Assembly (NCBI GenBank): GCA_008632985.1 | Contig: QPGO01000135.1 | Span: 1-64,000 of the forward strand | DNA length: 64,000 nucleotides | Direction of reading: 5' to 3' | DNA from: Psammoneis japonica | Lineage: Eukaryota | In this document: positions 25,916 to 38,349 of the stretch, one piece after another | How the letters are laid out: each line of letters begins with the position of its first letter | How positions within the stretch are numbered: the stretch's first letter is position 1 | The notes under the pieces: model-generated | Told to the model about the DNA's origin: nothing | What the model saw: the letters and a program-made list of their open reading frames with translations, nothing else | Database searches by the model: none | Position numbers and translations under genes: made by a program

Positions 25916-26825
25916 TCCCAGTTGATCCAGGACACCAGAACATTGGTGCTGCCGTTCCCACCCCGGCCTCAATCACCTCCACCACTTCGGGCTTTTCATC
26001 TGCCCAGATGATGTCATTCCTGAGCCACTCAGTCAAGAGTGCCATGAAGCTCTGGTTTTCTGTCGTCAAGCCCAGGAAATGTTTGGTGGTGCCAACAAAC
26101 AGCAGCTGAACAACGCCGCCCTTGAAGCCAACAATGACTCTTCTGTTGTTTCAGACCAGCCAGCTCCTCTCTGAAGTTTCTTCCTTGCTTTGCTGCATGC
26201 TCCATCTGTGTCTTTCACAGTGCACCTCATTTCTGCATTTTGTTTCTCTCTTTCAGTTTTGCAAACATTCGCCAAAGTTTGTTTTGTGCTTGAGCTGAGC
26301 TCTGCACTTCACCCATTTCCCATTTCCCATTTTCCCTTCAGCCTCACCTTTTGGCCTTTGCTTGCTGTCCACTGCCCGAACCCTGTCAAATTGACACACA
26401 ATTTTTTGTTTGGTGGTGTCATTTTTTGTCAGTTTGTCTGTGGGTGTGTCATTTCCATGCTGTCCTGACATTGATTTTTGTGCTTGGCAGTGTTGTGTTG
26501 TCCGTGCTCCCCTTTCCCATTTCCTTTTCCCCGCTTCCATTTGTCATGTGAGGGGGGGAGGCTTGATGAGCTGGGCTGCCCGGTTGTTTCAGCGTTCAAG
26601 TGCCAAGCATGGCGGCGGCCATCGAGGCTGGCCACATGACAGCGGTCATTGCAGCCTCTGCTGCGATCAAGCAGCTGCGCCCCGGCAACATTGCAGAAGA
26701 TCCAGTGCTGGTGGTTTGGTTCCTGGACGGAGCGGCCCACCCACATGACTTTCTTGTGCAGCATGCCTCGCTGCTGGACAACACGGCGAGACCGTGCATG
26801 AGCCTCTTGTGCGTGGCAACGCAGT

Positions 26826-27260
26826 TGCAACACACAGCTGCCAACAAGAGTCAATGCATCACGGCGACGTGTTACAGCCTTTAAATGTCACAAAGGGCGT
26901 GACAAAATAACCTTTTGTCTGCATGCATGCTGCATTATGAATTCACAGCGGAGTGGTGCATCGCAACCACCAGGCAGGAGGCCAGGGGTTCGAAACCCGA
27001 GTGGGAGTTGTCTGCAGCAACGTTGATCACTGTCGAACGCGTAAAACTCTGTGCAGTTCTGTGTGTTCCTTCGTACGTACCCACACTGTTCTGCCAAAAC
27101 CGTGCAGTGTCAGCACACGTGAGCATGGGTCGCGTGACACATGGGGAGGAGTGCAACACACAGCTGCTGACAAGAGCCAGCGCATCACGGCGACGTGTTG
27201 CAGCCTTTAAATGTCACAAAGGGCGTGACAAAATAACCTTTTGTCTGCATGCATGCTGCA
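26826..27260 (+). mobile_element. TRIM (miniature LTR element) with internal tRNA-like A/B boxes
   Basis: 109-bp TG...CA direct repeats at 26826-26934 and 27152-27260; PPT ATGGGGAGGAG; TSD CAGT; no coding capacity. Confidence 0.88.
26946..26998 (+). promoter_or_regulatory. Putative type-2 Pol III internal promoter in the TRIM
   Basis: A-box CAGCGGAGTGG (TGGCRGAGTGG in other copies) and B-box GGTTCGAAACC about 30 nt downstream. Confidence 0.55.
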
Positions 27261-27721
27261 CAGTGTTGTCAACACGCACCTGGGAAGCACGACCACAGGA
27301 GGGCATGGCTCTGGGTCTCAGGCAATTCCAGAAGGATGCCAAGAGAGCGTCCGTGTGAAGCACACTGGCCCGTCGTCTGGCCCACGATGGCAGCGTGATT
27401 CCACACGATGACATCACTCGTGCATGGCGCGTGATGGCTTGATTCGCACGATCCACAATGCGAACGCACGATCGATTTAATGCGATCCAAATGCGAACGA
27501 ACAGGGATTTGGCAAGATTCCCCATTCGCACGATCCCATTTTCTCTGCTCCAAACTAGCTCACAATTTTCACAACAACAAAGTCGTAACACATCTTCTTT
27601 TTCAGCGCCTGGCACATGCATGGGGCACAGCAATGTCACTCCTGCATGTTGTGCGAGGCAACGAAATCTGCAGAAACGAAACTACGAAATGTTGGTTGGA
27701 CCGACAAATCTTAAAACGACC

Positions 27722-29281
27722 ATGAAGAAGCGGATCAAGCCGCCGATTCTGTTCGCACGGCCGGAGAAGAAAGAGCTGCAGCAGGGGGAGTGCCAGACGT
27801 TCAAGCTGCGTAACAACCCCACTGATCCGGACAGTCCAACGCACGAGATGGGCATTCCGCACCTTTCTGCGGCTACATGCGAGACACTCCTGATCTTTCC
27901 ATGCAACGTGGATCGCATGCACGAAGGACAAAACATCATGACCGGGCCAGCGAAATTTGCCCTTGTGCGTGACCCACTGCAGGGCGATGCTCTGACGTCA
28001 TTTGATGATGCCGCTGACAAGCAGGCATCCCAAGCTAACGCCACATGCACAGCATGCGTCGCGAAGCTAAAGGAAAGTATCTTCCCACATGGGGCGGCAC
28101 TGCTGCAGAAGCATTGTCTGTGGCGCTTCATGCGCAAGCCCGCAGAGGTTTCCACTCGTGACTGCGTCGCGAGGGCTGTTGAAATTAACGGCCACATCTC
28201 TCAGTTTCCACCCGTGATGCAAAAGTTTTTGGACGGATCGCTCAATGAGTGTACCGTAAAATGACACAAAATGTCAAAAAATCACGTAGAATTCTACGTG
28301 CGCGACATACGACGAGATTCAAAAAACTGTCGATGTCACAGTTCAGCAGTGCGAGGTCCCACCTAGACCTGGAACGCGTCTTCTACGGCTACATGCGAGA
28401 CACTCCCAATCTTTCTGTGCAACGTGGATCGCGTGCACGAAGGACAAAACATGACGACCGGGCCAGTGAAATTTGCCCTCATGCGTGACCTGCTGCAGGG
28501 CGATGCTCTGACGTCATTTGACAATGCCGCTGACAAGCAGGCATCCCAAACCAACGCCACGTGCGCAGCATGCATCGCGAAGCTAAAGGAAAGTGTCTTC
28601 CCACACAGGGCGGCACCTTTGCAGAAGCGTCATCTGAGGCGCTTCATGCGCAAGCCCGCAGAGGTTTCCACTCGTGACTGCATCGCGACGGCTGTTGAAA
28701 TTAACGGCTGTGTCTCTCAGTTTCCACCCGTGACGGAGGATGGAGAAGCACTGGCACCATTGCCTGATGACAAACTGTGCGACATGTTCGAGCACGGTGT
28801 GCCGAATGCATGGCAGAAGTTCATGACGCTGCAGAATTTTGACCCGTTGGCGCATGCCATCGCCGAATTTGTACAGTTCTGCGAGCACATCGAGCAGGTC
28901 GAGCTTGCCGAAGGTAACCAGGACCAACATGCTGAGGTTCCACGCAAGCGGGGACGTAGAACGGACAATCCTGAGTCGTTGATCACGACCCAATGGAACA
29001 CCCAGAAGTCGTGCATGCTGCACGGGACCAACTGTGGACATCATGCGGAGGATTGCCGTCAGCTCAAGCACCACGTGAAACGTGTCAAGACTGGACATTC
29101 CAATGACGGAGGCGGCAAGCCCAACACAAAACCTCGGAATGAGGAAGACACCAACACTCTCATCGGATTGAAGGTCGAGGAGTTCTTTGCCAACGCTCAG
29201 AAAAAGCGCAAGGCCCGCGAGGAGGAGCTTGATCACTTCCGCGACCTCAACTTAAGTGATTCCGAAGATTCGGACGCCTGA
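27722..29281 (+). pseudogene. gag: Gypsy-A gag (copy 2) with an internal patch copied from copy 1
   Basis: Gag motifs as in copy 1; 28220-28792 matches 14224-14796, including a half MITE at 28220-28380. Confidence 0.85.
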
Positions 29282-29317
29282 GAAGGGGGCCGACACGACA
29301 CAGGTGGTTTTAATGCA

Positions 29318-32300
29318 TTGGATGAATGCACAAATGAACAACTGAATTACCATCGTACACGTGTTGTAGGCCAATCCCGCAAACGAGTTAAAAAGACTCA
29401 TCTCACTCCAATCTTGTTTGTGGCTGTGAATGCCAAACATGGCAAGGGCAAGACTCAAACTGTTGAGGCACTGCCAGACAGTGGCGCCAGCAGTGCTCTA
29501 CTAGACAGTCGATGCTGTGAACGTCTGCGAAGCCATTCAACGGCTGAGACAAACTGGACTGCGGTGGCAGGCTCGTTCAGTGCGTCCAACAACTGCACCG
29601 TTAAATTTCGGTTGCCAGAATTGTCCGAAACTGCAGAAATTGAGCATGCCGTCCACGCACACAACGGAAGGTTGGGCAAGTGCGACATGATTGTTGGACG
29701 TGACATTCTGGAGACGCAAGGCATTGACATTGTCTTCTCTGAACAGATGACAGAGTGGCCATCAGTCAATGGAGAAGCACCAATGAGGCACGTAGATGCT
29801 GCGGTGGAAACCTCCTTCTATCTTCAAGATCCAGAAGCCTTGTCTTCGGAAACCGACTGGATTTCGCGTATTTTAGACGCCAAGCACGCGCCGGCCTGCC
29901 TCGAGGACATAACGCGAGGGGCAACAAAACTTTCTGCAGTTCAACAAAACGACCTTTTGGCACCATTGAAACGCCATGAGTCCTCATTTGATGGGACATT
30001 GGGAGAATGGAAGGGAGAACCCTGCCACATCCAACTCAAGGAGGGTGTAGAACCATGCCATGCTCGTCCGTGTAAAGCACCTCGTGCGTGCGAAGCTGTG
30101 CTGCGTAAAGAAGTAGAACGCCTGGCATGCATCGGTGTTCTCAAATGCGTCAACTGATCCAAATGGGCAGCTCCATCATTTGTCATGCCGAAGAAAGATT
30201 TAATGGTGCGCTTTGTCAATGATTTCAGAGAGCTGAACAAACGGATCAAGCGATTGCCCCATCCGATTCCTCACATCCAAGACATGCTGCTCAAGCTCGA
30301 AGGCCCCATGTGGGCTACATCGCTGGATTTAAATGTGGGCCATCATCATGTCCGATTGGATGCTGATGGCAAGAAGCTCTGCACGCTCATCTTCCCGTGG
30401 GGTGAGCATGAGATGCAGGCATTGCCCATGGGATCATGCAATTCGCCAGACATTTTCCAAGAACGCATGTCAGGCTCATTTGAAGATCCATCGTTCGTTC
30501 GAACGCACTTAGATGACCTTCTCGTCGTGACGAAAGGCACCTGTGAAGATCACCTCAACAAACTTGAAGAAGTTTTGTTGAGGGTCCAGAAAGCAGGACT
30601 AAAAGTCAACGCAACTAAATCTCACTTCTGTCAAACCCAATTAGAGTGCTTGGGTCATCTGGTCAACAGAGACGGAGTGCGACCAATGCCTGATAAAGTC
30701 GACGCCATTAAGCGAATCGCGACCCCAACCAATGAACGCGACCCATGTTCATTCATTGGCATGGTGAACTGCCACCGCGACACGTGGATTAGACATTCTG
30801 AAGTCTTGGCTCCGCTGACATGACTCGTAAGCGAGACTGTCAAGTGGGAGTGGACGTCCGTTGAAGACGAGGCGTTCGAAACCGTTAAACGGGTGATGTC
30901 GGATGATGTTTTGTTGTCACATCCTGATTTTAACAAACCCTTTGAGATGCATGCCGATGCCTCTAAATGTCAATTGGGAGCAGTCACATCCCAAGACAAT
31001 AAACCTGTCGCCTTTTACAGCAGAAAGCTCAACAATGCGCAATTAAATTGTGCAACAACGGAGAGAGAATTGCTCGCCATTGTGGAGACGTTGAAAGAAT
31101 TTCGAACGATTCTCCTTGGTCATCGCATGATCACACATGCTGATCATAAAAATCTTACGTACAAAGCATTCAACACCGAGCGCGTCATGTGCTGGCGGTT
31201 GACATGCGAAGAATGCGGTCCCGAATTACGCCATGTTAAAGGCGCCCATGACCCAGTCGCTGACGCTCTCAGTCGCCTTCGACTGGCACCCAGCTTGCCT
31301 TCCGAGGCTAATCCGGATGTAAAAGACACTCCATCGAGTCGTCCTTTGCATGAAGCGTTTAATGCAGACGCGCAAGATGAGCTGTCTCTGCCCATTAGCT
31401 TCAAGCGCATTCAAAAAGCACAACAAAAGGACAAGCGCCTGCTCTCAAGAGCCAAGGACTCGTCCGACTGCTCCATTCGCGCGCATCGTGGGGGAGGGTC
31501 ATCACGACAGTTGATCTGTCACAAGGACAAAATCGTAGCACCACAGTCATTGCAGGTTCCGCTAACTGAATGGTGCCACGAGACACTGTGTCATCCAGGT
31601 GAGACACGCACAGAAATGTCCATTGCCCAGCACTTCCATTGGCCTGGCATGAGGTCTACGGTGCATTCTACGTGCGTTAAGTGCGATCGATGCCAGAAGA
31701 CAAAACGCCGAACGCAGCGTCATGGGAAGCTGCCAGAAAAGGTCACAGAGATAATTCCATGGGAGACTCTGTGCATGGATGTGACAGGGCCATGTGAAAT
31801 TCAAAGACGCGGAAAGGACACCTTGCAATTGTGGGCAGTCACAATGATTGACCCAGCAACTGGGTGGTTCGAGATTAAAGAAGTGTCTACGAAGCACGCA
31901 GACGTTGTGGCAAACATCGTGGAACAAACGTGGCCATGCAGATGTCCGTGGCCAACCCAGGTGGTTTATGACCGTGGGACAGAATTTGTGGCAGAATTTA
32001 ACCAGATGATTAAAAATGACTGTGGGATTTTGAAGAAACCCATGAGTGAACGGAATCCACAGGCAAATGCCACAGTGGAACGTGTGCACCAGACACTTGG
32101 CAACATGGTGCGTTCCTTTTCAGCACAGGATGTGGAACTGGACGAAGATGACCCATGGAGTGGCATCCTCTCTGCAGCAGCCTTCGCTGTTAGAGCTGCA
32201 GCACACACGACCACGCGTGCAAGTCCCGCGCAATTGGTCTTCGGACGCGATGCGGTTTTGTCCATTGCCCATCGTGCCAAGTGGAAGCACATAGAAACCA

Positions 32301-32540
32301 GAAAGCAGAAGCTCATCCACTTAAACAACAAGCGTGAAAATCAGAAACGCAAGGAGCATCAACACACCGCAGGGCAATTGGCACTTGTCAAACAGGAACA
32401 ATCCTCTAAATGCGGTTCTGACAGCTGTGCAGGACCCGCCAGAGTTGTCCGTGCACACGACAACGGCACGTTGCGTGTCCAGAACGGAGCGCTGACAGAC
32501 ACATGCAATCTACGGCAGATTGCACCCTGTCACCAGCAAG
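29318..32540 (+). pseudogene. pol: Gypsy-A pol (copy 2): one reading frame with two TGA stops
   Basis: LPDSGA, HLDD, FYSRKL, ADALSR, YDRGTEF. The stops at ~30155 and ~30821 align to CGA in copy 1. Confidence 0.93.
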
Positions 32541-33272
32541 ACATCCTGTCACTTAACGGCCCTGATCATGGGGGAGTGTGCAGTGTGCCTCGCCACTGGA
32601 CAACACGGCGAGACCGTGCATGAGCCTCTTGCATGTGGCAACGCAGTGTTGTTAACACGTGCCTGGGAAGCACGACCACAGGAGGGCGTGGCTCTAGGTC
32701 TTGGGCAATTCCAGAAGGATGCCAAGAGAGCGTCCGTGTGAAGCACACTGGCCCGTCGTCTGGCCCACGATGGTGGCGTGATTCCACACGATGACATCAC
32801 TCGTGCATGGCGCGTGATGGCTTGATTCACACGATCCACAATGCAAATGCACGATCAATTTAATGCGATCCAAATGCGAACGAATGGGGATTTGGCAAGA
32901 TTCCCTGTTCGCACGATCCCATTTTCTCTACTCTAAACTAGCTCACAATTTTCACAATGACAAAGTCGTAACACAACTTCTTTTTCAGCGCCCAGCACAC
33001 ACACAGGGCACTTGAATTGGCAAAAACAAGTCGGTCCTCAAGCCCTCCACGGAAGCGCGATCCATCGCCATGGAACACGAGCTGTTTGCCCAAGCGGGCC
33101 AACTCATCAAGTCTTGCTCGGCGATCAGACCACTCGATGGGCACCCACACTTTTCCCCCACATTCCCAGCCCAAGTGTCATGCACCGATGACAGGAGCAA
33201 CCTTTTTGTCAGGTGCCGTTGGCAACGTGGGATGAGGCAAGAGGAGGAGTGCCATCCGACCCAGATGCGCGA

Positions 33273-33634
33273 GACGGGTTCCAATCCCAGGTGGGACTTT
33301 TTGTGACATTGGGCGCGTGGAATTCTGCGTGGGAGCTCCGCAGTAAAAATGTCAAGCAATGAAAATGTGAATGATCGCTGACAGAAACAGAGGCAATTTT
33401 ACGAATGCATCTCCTCCTCCAAATTTGAAGTGCGTCATTTGCAGTTTGCCCGGGTGCATTCTTTGGACATCAAAGAACACACCCAGCACATTTTTGTTGT
33501 CATAAATGTGGAAAACAGAAAGCCTTTGGCTTCGCAAAAGAGGCAGTCTGGAACATTTTTTTACAACAGAACACGCAGAAATGTGCACACAAAACACACG
33601 ACGGATGACAAAAAACAACTGTGTCACAGTCCAG
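33273..33634. mobile_element. GAC-MITE, subfamily C (reverse orientation, truncated)
   Basis: Same insertion as 41975-42370 with the right end deleted. Confidence 0.8.
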
Positions 33635-33875
33635 CAGAGCTTGGAGTTGTCCATCGGCCAACTGGGTGCGCTGCCTGAGCCGACTCTCATGCAAAGACTC
33701 CAGAGAATGCTGGCAATTGCAGCAGTCACCCATGTGACCACTGCTTTGTTTCTTGCCAAGGCACCATCGCACCACACTGTCCCAGTTGATCCACGACAGC
33801 AGAACACCAACGCTGCCATTCCCACCCCGGCCTCAATCACTTCCACCACTCCAGGCTTTTCATCTGCCCAGATGA

Positions 33876-34400
33876 CTTCATTGGGGCATTGCAAGTCTCC
33901 TGCAGGTGCACAGAAAATGCAATGTTCAGCGATGAAGAAAAAGAGTGATGATGTTGCTTTGTTTCTTCAATCGTGCCCGCTTGATCGACATGAAGCTTGG
34001 ATGCATTGCTTTGTGCACCACTTGTCTTCCATGTCTTGCAATCTTCAGAACACTTGCTTCTTGCCAAAGGAGCTGCTGGAGATCCAGCGGAAAGCAATGT
34101 GCACGATTTTCACAAAGTGTGGGTGCAATCGCAGTGCAAAACGTGGTGCACTGTTCGGCCCGTGTGCTCTTGGTGGAGGTGGCTTTCGTTCGTTGAATGT
34201 GGAGCAGGGCACATCCCAGTGCATGCAGTTTCTCTGACACTGGTGCAGCTGTGGTCAGCCTCATGTTCTGTCATGCATTGCAGTGGCGTGGGTGCAGCTT
34301 CAGTTGGGCACAGGTGTCAGCTTCTTGCAGGATGCTCAGCCCAAACTGCCTCACTCCGAATCCAAATGGCCCACGTCTTTGCGATCATTTTTGGCTTGAA
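33876..34400 (+). pseudogene. Non-LTR fragment
   Basis: Homologous to 614-1137. Confidence 0.7.
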
Positions 34401-34997
34401 TCATTCCTGAGCCACTCAGTCAAGATTGCCACCAAGCTCTGGTTTTCTGTCATCAAGCCCAGGAAATGTTTGGTGATGCCAACAAATGGCAGCTCAACAA
34501 TGCCGCCCTTGAAGCCAATGATGACTCTTCTGTTGTTTCAGACCAGTTGGCTCCTCTCTGAAGTTTCTTCCTTGCTTTGCTGCACTCTCCATCTGCATCT
34601 TTCACAGCGCACCTCATTTCTGCATTTTGTTTCTCTCTTTCAGTTTTGCAAACATTCACCAAAGTTTGTTTTGCACTTGAGCTGAGTTCTGTGCTTCACC
34701 CATTTCCCATTTCCCATTTTCCCTTCAGCCTCACCTTTTGGCCTTTGCTCGCTGTCCGCTGCCCAAACCCAGTCAAATTGATGCACAATTTTTTGTTTGG
34801 TGGTGTCATTTTTTTGTCAGTTTGTTTCTGGCCCTGCTTTGCACATGCCAAGTCCACCATCGTGCATCTGCACTGGATTGCTGGTCTTCTGCAGTCCTGC
34901 AAGGTCCACGAACGTTGGGGCGGGGGTGCAGTTCCCACATTTGTTCGTCCCTCCACAGTGCCAAATTTGGCCGGCCTGATCAGTTCATCCAACCGGC

Positions 34998-37131
34998 ACA
35001 AAGGCAAGGCACTCTTTCGTGAACATGTTGGCTCCTCTGATGCTCAAGCGGTGTGTCGTGACCTGTCCAAGTGCGCCCTTGCTTCCGCTCACACATCCCT
35101 GGAGTCCTCGACCCTTGTCACGCACCTCACCACTGCTCACCTCGGTGATGGCACCTGGAAAGGATCCACTCGTGCCTTCACACTTCACTGGCATGACCAG
35201 CTTTGCAAGCACAATTCTCTCATCCTGGGCACGGACCATTTCTTGGCTGGCCAGAAACGTGTCATGCTTGAGAACTCTGTTCACCCTGTCGAAGAACTGC
35301 GCTTGGCAAAGAATCAGGCCTTTCAGTTTTGCGCACAGAGTGGCAAGGGCATTTCTTGTGAGCAGTGCCATGGACTCCTGCTTTCTGCCGTGGCACAGCA
35401 CGACAGAACGTTTGCCCCCAAGACGGCTCCTTGTGCTCTGCACCGTGCCATCTGTGAACATGACCTGGCCCCCAATGACCCTGACGTCGATGCATTCTTC
35501 AACATCAACAGTGATGTTGACGTCATCCAAGCTCATGCTGTGCAAACTCGCAGCAACTCCCTCGCCAGGGAACAACGGCGTTGCATTCCGCCGGACCATC
35601 AGCACATTTGGGACACCTTGCCCCAGCCCACCAAGGCCATCATTCTTGGCTCGCACGCCGCCCACATGGGCAACTGCCATGACTTGACAGTGGTCAACCT
35701 GCACAACCTCCGCATTGGCAGCAATGGCGATGTCAACTTGTCCGCCAACACTCACAATCTTGCGTTGGCCTCTGCACAATCCAACGCCACAGCCAATGCA
35801 GCCGATGCTGACCCCATTCTGGCTCATCTCACCAGGTGCAAGCCTCTGCCACCCGGTGACTTGCAATGCCTCCTTGCACCTGAGCTGCCTCCTTCCGCCC
35901 GTTCTGGAGAGAAACCCCCCAGATCTGTGCCTTCCGTCTGCTCCGAGACGAAGCCCGACGACACTGACACTGAGATCAATGGTCATGAACACCATCATGT
36001 CAACAACCACAATGTCGTCTGCTCTGCCTCGACCCACAAATCCACTTGCAAAGGCGCCCACGTGAATCGCGGTGAAAACAGCGGTGTTGCCGGTGACGAT
36101 GTTCATGTCATTGCTCACGCTGGTCGCCAGGTTGATGTCAAAGGTGTTGACAATCACCAGCTGGTCGATGTTCCCATTGTCACTGCGGGTGGTGTCATCC
36201 ACACACAACGTGGCCCCATCATCACCACTCTTCACCAGCATGCCTGCACTGGAAAGGGCAAGACCATGCACTCTTGCGGTCAACTTGAGCGGCACAAACA
36301 CGACATCAACGATCGGCCCATCAAGGTCCCCAATGGTCTGCAGCGCATCACCACATTGATGGATGCATCATCCCCATTGACATCAAAGGCGGCCTTCTGC
36401 ACATTGCCATGCTCCCACACACTGATGCCAAATGGGACACCTTGCCACACGTCGTCCTCACAGGTGATGACACTCGGGACCCATCTGTCCTCGACCACCA
36501 GCTTGCCGACAATGAGACGTGGCATGATGCTGCATCTGACCTCCAGGCCGACCCGACTGCCAACCTCTTTGATGAGTTCGGCAACCATCGCCACTGTCAT
36601 GTTGTCAACAATGCCATGCTTGTGGACTCCGCCCTTGATGACCACCTGCTCCCGATGCCCGATTTCTTCTGCAAATGCCATGAGCATGAGATCAATGCAA
36701 AGGATCCCAACTTTGAGTCTCTGCACCCTTGTTTTGGCTTTCTTCCAAAGGACACTGTCCAGCACACTTTTGATTGCACGATGCACAGCACGCACTTGAA
36801 AAAGGTGCACAAGTTGCCCAACCCGGCTCTCAACGTCCACCGATGCAACGAACCTGTTGCCACCGACACGGTGCACTCTGACACCCTTGCTGTTGACTCC
36901 AGCTGCACCAGCGCCCAGCTCTTTTTGGCACCAAATCCCTTGTCACGGACTTGTGCGGAGCCAAGACCGACAAGAGTTTGCCAACATGCTTGAAAGCATC
37001 ACTCGCAATCGTGGTGCCCCGTCCAAGCTCATCAGCAACTGTGCTCAAATTGAGATCAGCAACAAGGTCCTTGGCATCCTCCATGCCCTCTTCATCCCCA
37101 GTTGGCAGAGCCAGCCTCATCAACAGCACCA
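34998..37131 (+). pseudogene. pol: Copia-2 gag-protease-integrase remnant
   Basis: KGKALFREH...LGDGTWKG...VNRGENSGVAGDD...NEPVATDTVHSD. Confidence 0.85.
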
Positions 37132-37440
37132 AATGTGAAAATGGCAAAAAAAAGTTAAAAAAAGGCAGAGACAAGGACTCGAACCCTTGGTTTCCAAATG
37201 TTTTTTCTTGTTTTGCTTTGTTCCTTTTTTCCCCTTGTTTCCCTTGTTTCCCTCTGTCCCTTTTTCCCTTTTTCCCTTGTTTCCCTTTGTTTCTTTTTCC
37301 CTTTTTTCCCTTTTTTCTTTTTTCCTTTTTTCCTTTTCCCTGACCCCAACCCAGAAGTGCTCGATGCGACAAGTTCAACGAGAGCGAGTGGAGCGGAGCG
37401 GAGCTCGATCGAGTTGACGTCGCGAGAGCACTTGGTTCCG

Positions 37441-37519
37441 CCTGGCCCCAACCCCAACCCCAACCCTGACCCCAACCCCTGACCCCAACCCTGACCCCTG
37501 GCCCCAACCCCAACCCCAA
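37441..37519 (+). repeat. Eroded (CCCTAA)n telomere-type tract (longest copy)
   Basis: About 13 units of CCCCAA, CCCTGA or CCCTGG; none intact. Confidence 0.78.
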
Positions 37520-37544
37520 ACATGACGGATGGCACAAAGCAAGG

Positions 37545-37991
37545 TGCAACACACAGCTGCTGACAAGAGTTGGTGCATCACGGCGACGTGTTGCAGCCTT
37601 TAAATGTTAAAAAGGGCGTGACAAAAAAAACCTTTTGTCTGCATGCATGCTGCATTGTGAATTCACAGCAGAGTGGTTCATCGCAACCATCAGGCAGGAG
37701 GCCAGGGGTTCGAAACCCTGAGTGGGAGTTGTCTGCAGCAACGCTGATCACTGTCGAACGTGCAAAACTCTGTGCAGTTCTGTGTGTTCCTTTGTGCGCA
37801 CCCACACTGTTCCGCCAAAACCGTGCAGTGTCAGCACACGTCAGTGAAGAGCCGCATGGATGCGCGGCACATGGGGAGGAGTGCAGCACACAGCTGCTGG
37901 TGAGAGTCAATGCACCACGGCGACGTGTCACAGCCTTTAAATGTCACAAAGGGCATGACAAAAAAAACCTTTTGTCTGCATGCATGTGGCA
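37545..37991 (+). mobile_element. TRIM copy inserted in Copia-2 RT
   Basis: Two terminal repeats, PPT and TSD AAGG. Confidence 0.88.
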
Positions 37992-38349
37992 AAGGCTTGT
38001 TGCCGATGGACACCTCACAGACGTGCCCGTTGACAGTGTCTGTTCCAGAGCAGCATCTCTTTGCGGCCTGCGAATGATGATCTTCCTGGCCAAACTCAAC
38101 AAGCTGGAGACTTGGGCCACCAACAATGGGAGTGCCTGTCTTTGAAGCTGCGACCAAGGAGAAACTGTGCATTGCAGCAGGCCCCGAATTCAGCGAGCTG
38201 GAAGGGCACATCCTTGTCATCCACAAGGCCTTGTGCGGACTCCGCAGCTCTGGCCTCAGATGGCATGAACGCTTTGCCGATTGCTTGCATGCTGAAGGCT
38301 TCTTCCCGCGCAAAGCCAAACCCAACATCTGGCTGCACAGGAATGGTCC
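37992..38349 (+). pseudogene. pol: Copia-2 RT fragment
   Basis: RLVADGHLTDVPVDSV...AGPEFSELEGH...WHERFAD. Confidence 0.85.

Larger units (their letters stand above)
26757..33010 (+). mobile_element. Gypsy-A LTR retrotransposon, copy 2
   Basis: TSD CTTG (empty site ACTTTCTTGAATTGG in paralogs); 5' LTR 26757-~27627 split by a TRIM; 3' LTR 32579-33010; PPT ATGGGGGAG. Confidence 0.95.

Noticed and set aside
26940..27010. Functional tRNA gene
   Set aside because: Only the A/B boxes and a T-arm-like hairpin are visible; there is no convincing acceptor or anticodon stem, and it lies inside a mobile element.
34577..36799. 740-aa ORF (and similar ORFs at 148-1422, 42073-43155 and 43546-44793) as real genes
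   Set aside because: They cross junctions between unrelated TE relics and change frame relative to the true proteins. They stay open because TAA/TAG codons are depleted.
37441..37519. True chromosome end
   Set aside because: The tract is short, internal, degenerate and duplicated along with its flanks.
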